Source: an uncultured Gemmatimonadales bacterium
GTDB taxonomy: Bacteria > Gemmatimonadota > Gemmatimonadetes > Gemmatimonadales > Gemmatimonadaceae
Length of the DNA: 64,000 nucleotides
NCBI GenBank assembly: GCA_963850905.1
Contig: CAWKMU010000003.1
Coordinates: 608,001 to 672,000, forward strand
Direction of reading: 5' to 3'
The notes below the pieces were generated by a model. It saw only the letters and a program-made list of their open reading frames with translations, made no database searches and had not been told where the DNA came from. The position numbers were made by a program, and so were the translations under genes. Shown here piece after piece: positions 10,387-20,636 of the stretch (position 1 is its first letter; each line of letters begins with the position of its first letter).

Positions 10387-11049
10387 ATGCCGCAACCCGC
10401 CGACGTTCGGCCCACAGCCCCGCCAGTGCCGACGCCGGCCGCAGCCACTGGCAACCCCGGGGTGCTGGCATCGTGGCGGACGACCCTGTCCCGGCCTGCC
10501 TCCCCGGTCGCCATTCTGGCCGCAACAGCGACCGCGGTGGCCGTGATCGACCTCGCGACCAAGCAGATCGCGAGCTTCGTCCTGGGCACCCAGGGCGATG
10601 TGTCGATCCCCCTCATCCACCAGGCTGTCCGCCTCAGGGTCATTCTCAACGACCAGTCCGCGTTTGGCGTGTCGCTCGGCCCCTATACGTGGCACATCAA
10701 CCTTGTGCTGACCGCCGTCGCGCTCCTGTTGTGCCTCTCCCTCTGCCGAGCACTCGCCGTCATCGACCACTGGTCTCCCGTGATGCTGGGGCTCATCACC
10801 GGCGCCGCAACTGGCAATCTCGTCAGCCTGATCTCCTCTCCCGAGGGCGTCCCGGATTTCATTGCCGTGCGCAGTGCCCACGGGCACGAGCTCGTATTCA
10901 ACCTGGCCGACGTGGCCGCTGTCATCGGCGTGGCGCTCCTCATCCGCACGACCTGGGCCGTCGCGCGCGCCCTCGCGCACCCACGAGAAACCAGACCGGG
11001 ACCACGCCAGCCCAGCCCTGACCGCACAAACCCACTGATCGGCGGGTAG
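10387..11049 (+). CDS. lspA: Lipoprotein signal peptidase II family (A8), divergent
   Basis: VIDLATKQ, ILNDQSAFG, GAATGNL, GVPDFI, VFNLADVA; several TM segments. Confidence 0.75.
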   Translation: MPQPADVRPTAPPVPTPAAATGNPGVLASWRTTLSRPASPVAILAATATAVAVIDLATKQIASFVLGTQGDVSIPLIHQAVRLRVILNDQSAFGVSLGPYTWHINLVLTAVALLLCLSLCRALAVIDHWSPVMLGLITGAATGNLVSLISSPEGVPDFIAVRSAHGHELVFNLADVAAVIGVALLIRTTWAVARALAHPRETRPGPRQPSPDRTNPLIGG

Positions 11050-11127
11050 GGCCGACGCCATGCGGCACCCGCCGTCACCGTCTGCACCACGTGACGCGCC
11101 CACCGTTCCCCAAGTCCCCAAGGTGCC

Positions 11128-12798
11128 ATGTATTGCGCCCAATGCGGCACCCTGGTTTCTGCAAACTCTCGCTTTTGTGTCGGATGTGGCGTGCGCGTGA
11201 CAGACCCGGCCGCGGCGGCCGCGGGCACGCTCACGCTGACAGCGAGCGGGGACGAGCAACTTCTCAGCTCCGTGCGCCGCGCCCTGGCGGCAGAGTACGA
11301 CGTCGAGCACGAGCTCGGGCGCGGCGGGATGGCAGTGGTGTTCAAGGCACGCGACAAGGAGCTCGACCGACCGGTCGCGCTCAAGGTGCTGCCGCCGGAG
11401 CTCGCGCCGGTCGCGACGGTCGCAGACCGGTTCAAGCGCGAGGCAAGGCTCGCGGCCTCGCTCGATCACCCGAACATCATCCCGGTGTATCGCGTCGCCC
11501 AGGCGGGCGGCGTGCTGTATATGGCGATGAAGTTCATCGACGGACGTTCCCTCGATGCAGTCGTCGCGGACACCGGACCGCTCCCCCTTGCGGTCATCCT
11601 GACGGTGCTGCGGGCGGCCGCGCGAGCCCTCGCTTTCGCACACGACCACCGCATCGTCCACCGCGATATTAAAGGCGCGAACATCCTCATCGATCGCGAT
11701 GGACGCGTCGTGGTGTCCGATTTCGGCATTGCGCGGGCGGTCGAGTCGTCGACGCTGACGGCGACCGGCGTCATGATCGGCACCCCGCACTTCATGAGCC
11801 CCGAGCAGTGCTCGGGCAAAGCCGTCGGTCCGCAGTCGGACCAGTACTCGCTCGGCGTCGTCGCGTACCAATTGCTCACCGGTTCGGTGCCGTTCGACGG
11901 CGACTCACTCCCCGAGATCCTGCAACACCACTGGTTCACGCCGCCGCCCGACATCAGCATGTCGCGCCCGGATACCCCCGCCGCACTCACGGCCGCGGTC
12001 CTCCGGCTGCTCGCGAAAGATCCCGCCGAACGGTTTCAGTCGACCAACGATCTCGTCGCCACGCTCGAGAGCATCCCGTTCCCTGCGGCCGAGCGCGCGG
12101 CGGGAGAAGCAAGACTTCGCGCCCTCGCCGCCCCGAAGGCTGCGGCGCCCGTCGCAGGAGCCGGTCACACCGTCCCCGCCCTCACGGCCCCCCCAGCAGA
12201 CGTTGCGCCTGCCGCACCCGCTCCAGCGGCACCCGGCCCCGCTGCAGTTCCGCGAACCGGCGCGCGGCAGGCCGCGCCAACGCAACCGATCGCAGCGACG
12301 TCGCACACCGTCCCCGCAACTCAGGTCGCACCTCGCGGAGCTTTGGAGGTGCAGCCGGCTCCGGCGAGGTCGGCCGCCACCGTCGTCGAGGGGGCACGCG
12401 GCGACGCGCGCGGTCCGGCCGCCCAAGCACCGACTGCGCGACGGAAGCCGCCAGCGCCGGCGCGACGCGGCCGCAGCACGAGACCCTGGCGTCTCGTTGC
12501 CAGCGTGCTCGTCGTGCTCCTGTGCCTCACTGGCGTCGTCAAAGCGGTCAGTGTCCGCCGAAGCGCAGTGGCAGCCGGCAAATCGCCCGCGCTGCCGCCC
12601 CGCCTCGACGCGACAGCCATGCGGGACGCCGGTGACAGAGCGTACCGGGCCGGCGCCTACGAGCTCGCCCGCCGCTTCTTCGTGCGAGCCGTAGCCGCCG
12701 ACCCGACCGACCAGCGCGCCCAAGACCAACTGGCGTGCGCGCTATCGAAGCTCGGTCGCACCGATGGCCCGCAGCCGAGCAAAGGGAGTTGTGGGTAG
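11128..12798 (+). CDS. Ser/Thr protein kinase with N-terminal zinc ribbon, TM helix and C-terminal TPR-like segment
   Basis: CAQC...CVGC; LGRGGMAVV, VALK, HRDIKGAN, DFG, GTPHFMSPE. Confidence 0.93.
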   Translation: MYCAQCGTLVSANSRFCVGCGVRVTDPAAAAAGTLTLTASGDEQLLSSVRRALAAEYDVEHELGRGGMAVVFKARDKELDRPVALKVLPPELAPVATVADRFKREARLAASLDHPNIIPVYRVAQAGGVLYMAMKFIDGRSLDAVVADTGPLPLAVILTVLRAAARALAFAHDHRIVHRDIKGANILIDRDGRVVVSDFGIARAVESSTLTATGVMIGTPHFMSPEQCSGKAVGPQSDQYSLGVVAYQLLTGSVPFDGDSLPEILQHHWFTPPPDISMSRPDTPAALTAAVLRLLAKDPAERFQSTNDLVATLESIPFPAAERAAGEARLRALAAPKAAAPVAGAGHTVPALTAPPADVAPAAPAPAAPGPAAVPRTGARQAAPTQPIAATSHTVPATQVAPRGALEVQPAPARSAATVVEGARGDARGPAAQAPTARRKPPAPARRGRSTRPWRLVASVLVVLLCLTGVVKAVSVRRSAVAAGKSPALPPRLDATAMRDAGDRAYRAGAYELARRFFVRAVAADPTDQRAQDQLACALSKLGRTDGPQPSKGSCG

Positions 12799-12829
12799 AG
12801 CGAGACGCTAGACGCTGGACGTCTCGCTC
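12798..12829. terminator. Hairpin between convergent kinase genes (possible bidirectional terminator)
   Basis: gagcgagacg (12798-12807) / cgtctcgctc (12820-12829) perfect 10-bp inverted repeat; no U-tract. Confidence 0.45.
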
Positions 12830-14548
12830 CTATGAGCTCACCGCCGCTTCCTGCACGGCCCCGGCCCTGTTCCCCTCCACGACGCGATCCGCGCTCCCCC
12901 ACACCACCCATCGCCCGGAGGTGGTTTGCGTCGCGATGCGCGCGGGCAGCGTCACGCTGAAAACGCTGCCTCGTCCGACGACACTACTCACCACGATGTC
13001 GCCGTCCATGAGACGCGCCAGCCGCCGCGACACCGATAGGCCGAGACCCGTGCCGCCGGCGCGCCGCGTCGCCTTCTGCTCGACCTGCCAGAAGGGATCG
13101 AAGATGCGGTCGAGGAACTCGGCGGAAATGCCGATGCCCGTGTCGCCTATCGTGAGCTCGAGGCCACGATCGACCAACCGTGCCCGCAGCCATACACTGC
13201 CGCCCGCGTCCGTGAATTTGACCGCGTTTGACAGCAGGTTGACGAGGATCTGCCGGACTTTGTGCGGATCGGTATGGACCACGAGCTGGGGATCGAGTCG
13301 CCCCACCGTGAACGTCACGCCTTTCTCCGCAGCCAGAGGCTCGATCAGCGCGGCCGCTTCATCCAGGACGTTGTTGACCCTCGCGACCTCGTAACGGACT
13401 TCTTCTTTCCCCGCTTCCGCGCGCGAGTAGGTCAGGATCTCGTCGATCAGCTGCAGGAGATGCCGCGCGCTGACCTTGATGCGCCCGAGCTGTTGTTGTT
13501 GCGCTTCCGTCACCGGGCCCGTGATCCCGTCGGCCAGCAGCTCCTGGTATCCGATGATGGCGCTGAGCGGCGTCCGCAGCTCGTGCGACATGACCGCCAG
13601 GAAATCGCCCTTTGAACGGTTCGCGCTCTCGGCGTCGCGGCGCGCGGCCTGTTCGCGGACGAGGAGCCGGGCGCGTTGTACGTCGGTCGCATGCACCACA
13701 CGTGCGCTCCGGGCCACGAGCCAGACGAGCGCCACGCTGCTCGCGACCACGAAGAGCGACGGGCCATCCGCCCGGTCCCAGAGATCTGCGCGCTGCCCCC
13801 ATAGCCAGATCCAGCCCAGCACGATCGGCAGGAGGACTGCCGCCGGCAGCAGTCGGCGGGCCAGGACGCCGCCCGCCGCGTCGTCGATGAGAATCGCGGC
13901 GAGGCCCGCGGTCCGGCGGGCGAAGATCGTTCCCACGCTGAGCGCGGCGACTGCAACCGCCGTGAAGATCGACATGCCGCCGATGTGGGCAATGTTGTAC
14001 AGATGCGCCGCCCCGTTCACATACCCGACGATCGCGGTGAAGGTGACGAGCAGCGCGATCGTAGCCGCCCACTGCGCGGGGCGACGCCCGCGCTTCAACT
14101 CGATGTCCAACGTCGCCAGCGACAGCCCAAGGAGCAGCAGCGGAATCGTTGCGTTGGCCGCCGGGCGTCCGGGAGCGAACGCCGGCCCGACCGCCTGCAG
14201 CGCTTGACCGAACAGCAGGAGATCGACGCCGATGCTGCGCCCGGTCACGATCTCGTACGTGAAAACGCTGGCGAACACGATGACCGCGCAGGCGAGCACG
14301 CGCGAAAGCACCAGCGACCAGGTGGGCAGCGAGCGATCACGCCCAAACCACAGCGACGCACCGGCGAGCAGCAGGCCGACGCCCGTGAGCGGCCATACCA
14401 CCAGGCCACTACGGCTCCACGCGAGCACAAGTGGCCCTCCGATCGCCCAGACCGTCAGCACGGCGATCGCGAATGCAACGACACCCGCCCCAGCGAGCCC
14501 GGGCAACCGTAGGAAGAACTGAATCCCCCGGCGCGGCGCGACAACCAT
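12830..14548 (-). CDS. Membrane sensor histidine kinase
   Basis: Multiple TM segments; H-box FLAVMSHELRTPL, N-box QILVNLLSNAVKFT, DTGIGI, F-box IFDPF, GGTGLGLS; start uncertain (ATG 14548). Confidence 0.92.
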   Translation of the reverse strand: MVVAPRRGIQFFLRLPGLAGAGVVAFAIAVLTVWAIGGPLVLAWSRSGLVVWPLTGVGLLLAGASLWFGRDRSLPTWSLVLSRVLACAVIVFASVFTYEIVTGRSIGVDLLLFGQALQAVGPAFAPGRPAANATIPLLLLGLSLATLDIELKRGRRPAQWAATIALLVTFTAIVGYVNGAAHLYNIAHIGGMSIFTAVAVAALSVGTIFARRTAGLAAILIDDAAGGVLARRLLPAAVLLPIVLGWIWLWGQRADLWDRADGPSLFVVASSVALVWLVARSARVVHATDVQRARLLVREQAARRDAESANRSKGDFLAVMSHELRTPLSAIIGYQELLADGITGPVTEAQQQQLGRIKVSARHLLQLIDEILTYSRAEAGKEEVRYEVARVNNVLDEAAALIEPLAAEKGVTFTVGRLDPQLVVHTDPHKVRQILVNLLSNAVKFTDAGGSVWLRARLVDRGLELTIGDTGIGISAEFLDRIFDPFWQVEQKATRRAGGTGLGLSVSRRLARLMDGDIVVSSVVGRGSVFSVTLPARIATQTTSGRWVVWGSADRVVEGNRAGAVQEAAVSS

Positions 14549-14709
14549 GGCCCCAAGGTGCTTCACGGCCGAGTGAACCCGCAAGGCGGCGCGCTGGACC
14601 GAGTCCTCGCGACCAGCCTCCTCACCGTCCGGCGGAACGTCGTGCCGGTATCCCCGTGTCACCGTTCCGGCAACCTTCGCGACAACGCCGTCCGTGAGCC
14701 GCCGGTGCA

Positions 14710-15105
14710 CTAGCGAAGCCGCTCAGCGGCCTCGGCGATGCGATCGATGTAACTGGCCACGGATTCCTCCGGCCCGCGCGCCGGCAGCACGTACGCAGGA
14801 TCGTCGGGCTGCTCGACTCGGCTGAGGTGCCGCGCGGTCGGGGTATCGATGAACAGGTCACCGCCCTGCGCCTCCACCGCAGACTCGAACTGGTCGACCG
14901 CGTCGAGGAGATCCGCCATCTCGCTCGGTGACTCACGCCCCGTGAGCCCCACGCCGCGCCCCCGCAGTCGAGCAGCCACCTCTTGCTCGACGCTGTGCCG
15001 CTCCTCATCCCGGTGCGGGTCGAGCGCGCGCTGCAACTCTTCAAAAGTGCCCCGCTCGACCGGCGGACTGGGGCGTTTTTCGGATGGAAGGCGAGGATCC
15101 GTCAT
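14710..15105 (-). CDS. Hypothetical protein
   Basis: 131-aa ORF with typical codon bias, DLLDAVDQFESAVEAQGGDLFIDT...PDDPAYVLPAR. Confidence 0.7.
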   Translation of the reverse strand: MTDPRLPSEKRPSPPVERGTFEELQRALDPHRDEERHSVEQEVAARLRGRGVGLTGRESPSEMADLLDAVDQFESAVEAQGGDLFIDTPTARHLSRVEQPDDPAYVLPARGPEESVASYIDRIAEAAERLR

Positions 15106-15290
15106 CGAAATCGTACCGAACGGTCAACGGGTGAGTGTGCGCTTTCGGGGCTCAGAGACCACGCCGGCCCTACAGATCGCCAGTTGCCGTTGCAGTATAG
15201 CGCGGATGGCACTCGCGCGGAGGCTCCACTCAGCGCGACACAACCTACCGAGCTCCGCTGTACTCGCCTACTGCATCCGAACTTCTTGCT

Positions 15291-16065
15291 TCACGCCGCG
15301 CCGGCAAACCGGTCGAGCGTCGCCCGTTCTTCGGGAGTGAGACTGCGCACGCCCGTTTGATCCACCTTGGCGAGCAACCGCACGATCTCGTCGCGATTGA
15401 CGGGATGCAGATCGTCGAGACGGATCTCACGCCATCGCCGTAGTTGATCGCCGTCGCCGAACACGCGCGGCTGCGCCGTGGGCCCGACCTGACGCCGCCA
15501 TTGTCGCGCCGGCGATCGCCACGCGTGGACGGTCAGATAGAGAAACCCGGCGGCCGCGCCCCCAAGGTGCGCGAAGTGGGCAACCCCTGCGCCACCGATC
15601 CCGAACGCACCGCTGAGATCCCGAGATGACGTAAAGCAGGATCAACAGCCACGCCTCGACCGGCACGACGCCGTAGAGGTAGAAGCGCACGCGCGGCCAA
15701 TACCGCGCAAACGCGACCATCACACCCATGATCGCCCCCGACGCACCAACGATCGGCACCATGCGAGTCGCCGGGATCGCAAACGAGAGCAGTGCGCCCG
15801 CGATGCCACTGATGAAGTACAGCGTCAGAAACGATCGCCCCCCCAACCGCTCTTCGACGCGCGGCCCGAACCAGAAGAGCGCCAGCATGTTGAAGAGGAT
15901 GTGCAGCCACCCCCCGTGCACGAACAGATACGTGATCGTCGTCCACGGGCGCACGAGGATGAACGCGGGCACGAACCACAGCATCTGGGTGAGCGGCGGG
16001 TACAGCTGCTGTGCAACGAACACAACGACGTTCAGGACAATGAGCCGCAGCACCCAGGGAGTCAT
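15291..16065 (-). CDS. Rhomboid intramembrane serine protease (one frameshift near 15625)
   Basis: RPWTTITYLFVHGGWLHILFNM, VGASGA; shifted frame continues GVAHFAHLGG...LDDLHPVNRDEIVRLLAKV...TLDRFAGAA to TGA at 15291. Confidence 0.88.
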
Positions 16066-16107
16066 GGCGGAAAGTTAGTGAAAATCCGGGATTCGGGATT
16101 CAGAACG

Positions 16108-16257
16108 TCAGGCTCTCTTGAAGAACTGCACCGCCCGCTCATGCTGTTCAGCCGCCTTCCGTGTCTTGAACGTGCCGAGGTTGCGCCGCTTTCCCGTCTT
16201 CGGGTTCCGCTTCTTCGAATACAGACGATACTCACCGGATTTGAGTTTTCTGATCAT
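16108..16257 (-). CDS. Small highly basic hypothetical protein (49 aa)
   Basis: MIRKLKSGEYRLYSKKRNPKTGKRRNLGTFKTRKAAEQHERAVQFFKRA; RBS GAGGAGG. Confidence 0.8.
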   Translation of the reverse strand: MIRKLKSGEYRLYSKKRNPKTGKRRNLGTFKTRKAAEQHERAVQFFKRA

Positions 16258-16491
16258 GCTTGCCTCCTCGCTCTCAGCACGTTCGCCATCGTGGTCGTCG
16301 CGGTCAGCGCCTGATTCACGTCGAGTGGATCGAGTGTCGTCTACAACGCGTAACTGGTGCCGCCGCCGCTCGCCGTCAGCGTCGTGTCGTCCACCGCGAC
16401 GTGAGTGCTGATGTCGACGGTCGCAGGCCGCCCGCAACTTTCGCCTTCCAGTAGCCCGACGCCGTCCGGCGAATCGACACCGCAAGGCCAA

Positions 16492-16806
16492 TCAACTTCT
16501 GCGCGCGTGACAGTCGACATCCGACCAGCAGGCAGCGACCACCGTGACGGCACGATCCTGAGATGCCCGGCCGAGAGATCTGGGGCTGCCATCGGCGGCG
16601 GCATTCCGATGGGCACCCCGCTCGCGTCGAGCGCCGGGGAGGATCGACAGCGCAACGGTGCCGAACTCGACTGGAGTACCGTGCGCACTCGGCAACGCCC
16701 GCGCAACTCGAGCCTCCCCAGCGGTTTGAAGCGCCTCGAGCCCCGCCACGACGGTCGGGAGGAGCGAGAGGATGAGGCCGCTAAAGATGAGAAAAATTCG
16801 GCGCAT
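16492..16806 (-). CDS. Hypothetical secreted protein (possibly frameshifted, may extend to 16341)
   Basis: Signal-like N-terminus MRRIFLIFSGLILSLLPTVVAG. Confidence 0.35.
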   Translation of the reverse strand: MRRIFLIFSGLILSLLPTVVAGLEALQTAGEARVARALPSAHGTPVEFGTVALSILPGARRERGAHRNAAADGSPRSLGRASQDRAVTVVAACWSDVDCHARRS

Positions 16807-16986
16807 TGGTGGAACCGCCGTTCAGCGTCGGGGTTCGAAACGCTGGAAAATGGAGTTGCAACCTAATTGCTGATGTGTCCGTTATTCCTCGTGTCGACGC
16901 TGGCCTGACGCTTGCGTTAGCCCTCACCCGCGTCACCCCAGCTGCTACACACGAGTCCGCTGCTTACTCTCACTTGGACTGGCCCC

Positions 16987-17304
16987 ATGAATCAGACGGC
17001 TGTTGCCTCCCCGCGGCCCGCTGTGACGCACCACCTGGATCACGCTGAGCTGCTGCTCCTGGACAACGCCATAGCCCGCCTGGCCGAACGCTACATCGCG
17101 AACGGAACGCTGAGCGCCGCCCAGCGCGGCGTGCTCGGCGAGTATCGATCAGACCTGGCCGCATTGGCGCCGGACTTGGCCGGTCCAGCGCGTGAATACG
17201 CCGATCAAGTGATGGCGTTGGCGCGCACGATCCTGGATGCTCAACCGGACGCGACCGTTCTCGAGCTCGCCGATGGCTCGGGCGGCGCACACCGGGCAGC
17301 GTAA
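16987..17304 (+). CDS. Hypothetical helical protein
   Basis: 105-aa ORF with plausible composition, converging on the M32 gene. Confidence 0.5.
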   Translation: MNQTAVASPRPAVTHHLDHAELLLLDNAIARLAERYIANGTLSAAQRGVLGEYRSDLAALAPDLAGPAREYADQVMALARTILDAQPDATVLELADGSGGAHRAA

Positions 17305-17324
17305 GGGAAAAGCGGGATCAGGGT

Positions 17325-18836
17325 TCAGAGCCCGTACAACTCCCCATACTTCGCTCGCAGCACACTCACCAGGATCGCAACGTTCGGCGGCTCGCCGGTT
17401 GCACGTTGCACCAGAGCCGGCGCGCTGAGGCTGTGGCCATGCCGGTGCACGTTCGCGCGGAGCCAGTCGCGCAACGCGCCAAACTCGCCGCGAGCCATCG
17501 CCACGTCGAGATCACCAATCGCACGCTCCGCCGCAGCGTACAGCTGCGCGCTGTACACATCCCCGAGGGTGTAGCCAGGGAAGTAGCCGATCGACCCGGC
17601 CGCCCAGTGAATGTCCTGGAGGCATCCCTCCGCATCGGTGGCCGGAGCCACGCCCAGGTATTGCGTGTACAGCGCGTTCCACGCCTCGGGGACATCGCGC
17701 GCCGCGAGCGTACCGGAGATGAGCTGCCGCTCGAGCTCGAATCGCACGAGCACGTGCAGGTGGTACGTGAGCTCATCGGCCCGTACCCGGTTGGTAGACG
17801 GCGCGACCGCGTTCGCGGCGAAGTAGGCCTCTGCCGTCGACAACCCGCCCAACGCGCTGGGAAACGCATCGCGAAGCACCGGCAGACAGTAGTGCCAGAA
17901 GGCGTGGCTTCGCCCGACACGATTCTCCCAGAGTCGCGCCTGGGCTTCGTGCAGCCCGTGGGACGCCGCTTCGCCGAGTGGAGTGCCGAACTCGCGCGGG
18001 TCGAGCCCCTGATCGTACAGGCCATGACCACCCTCGTGCAGAATGCCGTAGAGCGCGGCCGTCACGTCCTGCGTATCGTAGCGAAGGGTGAGTCGGCAGT
18101 CGCCGGGACCAATGTGGATCGCGAAGGGGTGGGCACTCGTGTCGAGTCGCCCCGCCGAAAAATCGAACCCGATCGCCGCTGCGATCGACGCCATGACCGC
18201 GTGCTGCTGCTCGATCGGGTACGTCGCCTGGAACGCGTCTCGGCGGGGCTGACGGGACGACGACGTCACCGCAGCGACCAGCGGCACGAGCTCGACCCGA
18301 ATGCCGTCATACAGCCGGCAGATGTCGCGCGTCGTCGCACCCGGCTCATACTCGTCGAGCAGCGCATCGTACGGCTCGTCGACGTAGCCGATCGCGTCCG
18401 CTTCCGCCCGACGCAGAGCGACAATGCGCTCGAGCCACGGACGAAAGCGCGCGAAGTCGTCGTCCGCCCGCGCGATGACCCACTCCTGCTGCGCCAGGGT
18501 CGTGACGCGCGACAGCTCCTCCGCGATCGCAAGCGGGATCCGCGCCTCGCGATCAAAGGTCCGGCGAATCTCCCGCACATTGGCCGCCTCGGGGGATTCG
18601 GGGTCCCGCACGAGCGGCGAGGCCTCGACGATCTCCAGCAGCTCCCGCGTACGTGGGTCGGTTGCGCGCCCGTGCAACTGCGTCGTCAACCAGGCCGACT
18701 GATCGCTTCGGTGTGCGAGGCCGGCCGCGGGCACGTAGGTCTCCTCATCCCACGACAGCAGATCCACGCATGACGCGATGATCGCCTGTTCTCGTGCGCG
18801 ACCGATCAATTCGACGTAGGCCGATTCGGCATCCAT
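17325..18836 (-). CDS. Carboxypeptidase M32 (Taq-type)
   Basis: LLSWDEETY, YDALLDEYEPG, GRLDTSAHPF, HEGGHGLYDQG, HEAQARLWEN, RVRADELTY, GCLQDIHW, GYFPGYTLG. Confidence 0.95.
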   Translation of the reverse strand: MDAESAYVELIGRAREQAIIASCVDLLSWDEETYVPAAGLAHRSDQSAWLTTQLHGRATDPRTRELLEIVEASPLVRDPESPEAANVREIRRTFDREARIPLAIAEELSRVTTLAQQEWVIARADDDFARFRPWLERIVALRRAEADAIGYVDEPYDALLDEYEPGATTRDICRLYDGIRVELVPLVAAVTSSSRQPRRDAFQATYPIEQQHAVMASIAAAIGFDFSAGRLDTSAHPFAIHIGPGDCRLTLRYDTQDVTAALYGILHEGGHGLYDQGLDPREFGTPLGEAASHGLHEAQARLWENRVGRSHAFWHYCLPVLRDAFPSALGGLSTAEAYFAANAVAPSTNRVRADELTYHLHVLVRFELERQLISGTLAARDVPEAWNALYTQYLGVAPATDAEGCLQDIHWAAGSIGYFPGYTLGDVYSAQLYAAAERAIGDLDVAMARGEFGALRDWLRANVHRHGHSLSAPALVQRATGEPPNVAILVSVLRAKYGELYGL

Positions 18837-18981
18837 GCGGGACTCGTGCCTCACCAACGCGGCGCGCGCACCCGGGGCCAGGGGCGGCCGGTCTGGTGCG
18901 AGCGCGGTACGCGCCGCAAACTAGCCATCATGGCGCAGGCTTCCTACCCCGACCGGGAGTGCGCCCCGCGCGCGCCGCAGC

Positions 18982-20412
18982 GTGCGATCGCCCGCTGAAG
19001 CGATCGGCCTGAGCGACCGTGCGCTGGATGCCCTCGTCCAGGCGGCGCTCGCGCGCATCTCCCCGCGCGCGCTCAAGCGACTGGACACCGCGTTGCACGC
19101 GGAGGCGGAGCGTGGACGACTGACATACCTGCGGGACGGCGAACCAGAGACGGTTCGCGTATTCCCGTACCCCATCGTGGTCGTGCCCGAGCAAGTGCAG
19201 TACGTGCACGCGGTCACGCTCGCCGTCCAGAACGCACTGAAGCGCATCATCGAGTTCTATCGCGGAGACGCGGGCGTGCGCGCTCTGCTCCCCCTGACGG
19301 GGGGCGAAGAGCGGTGGTTGTGGGAGTGCCTGGGTCCGAGCCTGCACGTGTCGAATCCGGTGTTTGGCCGACTCGACGCCATCGCCGACTTCGCAGGACC
19401 CGAGTGGCAGGACTCGATCCGGTTTCTCGAGCCGAATCTCACGGGAGTCGGCGGCCTGCACATGGTGCCGACGTGCGACCGTATCGTCACCGATCTCGTC
19501 GTGCCCATTCTGGCGGCCACCGAGCCCGGCCTGACGCTCGAGCGCGGGCAGGACGTGCGTGAGCTGCTGTTGCAGACGGTGCTCGATCATGGCCGCTCGA
19601 TCGGGCGGCGCGTGCAGCACCTGTGTCTCGTCGAGCCGAAGTACGCCGGAAGCGGCCCCGAAGAGCAACAGGCACTGGCCGAATACCTGCGTCGGGAATA
19701 CGGCCTGCGGATCACGCACGCGGATCCGGCGGAGTTGGAGCTCAAAGGCGGCGACGTCTGCTACAGCGGCTCGCCGATCGACATCGCGTATCGCGACTAC
19801 GCCGTGGCAGACCTCCTCGAGCTGGAGTCCGAAGGGGTGGACATCGAGCCGATGCGCGTGTTGTTCCGGCAGAATCGCGTCGTGTCGTCGATCGCGGGAG
19901 AGCTGGATCACAAAAGCAGCTTCGAGATCCTGACGTCACCGCAGTACGCGGACCGGTACTTCACGGCGGACGAGCGCCAGCTCTTTCATCGACATGTCGC
20001 ATGGACGCGCGTGGTCGCGGAGCGCCGCACCGAGTTGCCCAACGGACGCTCGGCCGAGCTGGTGCCGTGGATCCGGCGCCAGCGTGAGCACCTCGTCCTC
20101 AAACCGAGCCGCGGCTACGGGGGCGATGACGTGGTGATCGGCCCGAGCGTGACCGAGGCGGTCTGGGATGCGACGCTCGAGCGCGCACTGGGCGGCAGCG
20201 ACCAGTGGGTGACGCAGACGCTCGTCCCGATCTTCGACCGAGAGTATCGGATCGCCGACGACGGTGACACGCGGCTGGTCCACGTGTTCACCGTCCTCGG
20301 GTTCTTCGCCAGCCGCGATGGCCTTGCCATGATGGCGCGCGCGTCGCGCGCCGACGTCGTCAACGTCGCCCAACACGGCGGCCTGTGCGCGGTGCTGATT
20401 GGGAGGGCGTGA
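18982..20412 (+). CDS. Circularly permuted ATP-grasp ligase (glutathionylspermidine synthase-like fold)
   Basis: FGRLDA...RFLEPNL (R-x-D...E-x-N), HKSSFEIL, LVLKPSRGYGGDDVVIG, WVTQ, C-terminal VVNVAQHGG. Confidence 0.7.
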   Translation: MRSPAEAIGLSDRALDALVQAALARISPRALKRLDTALHAEAERGRLTYLRDGEPETVRVFPYPIVVVPEQVQYVHAVTLAVQNALKRIIEFYRGDAGVRALLPLTGGEERWLWECLGPSLHVSNPVFGRLDAIADFAGPEWQDSIRFLEPNLTGVGGLHMVPTCDRIVTDLVVPILAATEPGLTLERGQDVRELLLQTVLDHGRSIGRRVQHLCLVEPKYAGSGPEEQQALAEYLRREYGLRITHADPAELELKGGDVCYSGSPIDIAYRDYAVADLLELESEGVDIEPMRVLFRQNRVVSSIAGELDHKSSFEILTSPQYADRYFTADERQLFHRHVAWTRVVAERRTELPNGRSAELVPWIRRQREHLVLKPSRGYGGDDVVIGPSVTEAVWDATLERALGGSDQWVTQTLVPIFDREYRIADDGDTRLVHVFTVLGFFASRDGLAMMARASRADVVNVAQHGGLCAVLIGRA

Positions 20413-20424
20413 GGGGCCAACTGC

Positions 20425-20636
20425 GAACGGCGGGGTCAGGGATCAGGGGTCACGGATCAGGGGAACCAAAGGAAAGGCAGGTCCCCCTGCACCGTGACCT
20501 GCCCTGGACCGGTAGGGGCGACGCATTGCGTCGCCCGCCGTGGCCGGGCCGAACGACGACAAATCGGTGCACCAACACCGCTCCAGCCTCCGCGCTTTGT
20601 TCCCTGACCCCTGACCCCTGATCCCTGACACCGTTC
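20425..20636. repeat. Heptamer-armed palindromic element with central GTAG-REP (20512-20536)
   Basis: gaacggcggggtcagggatcaggggtca...gggaaccaaa / tttgttccctgacccctgacccctgatccctgacaccgttc; interior similar to 35883-36093. Confidence 0.85.
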
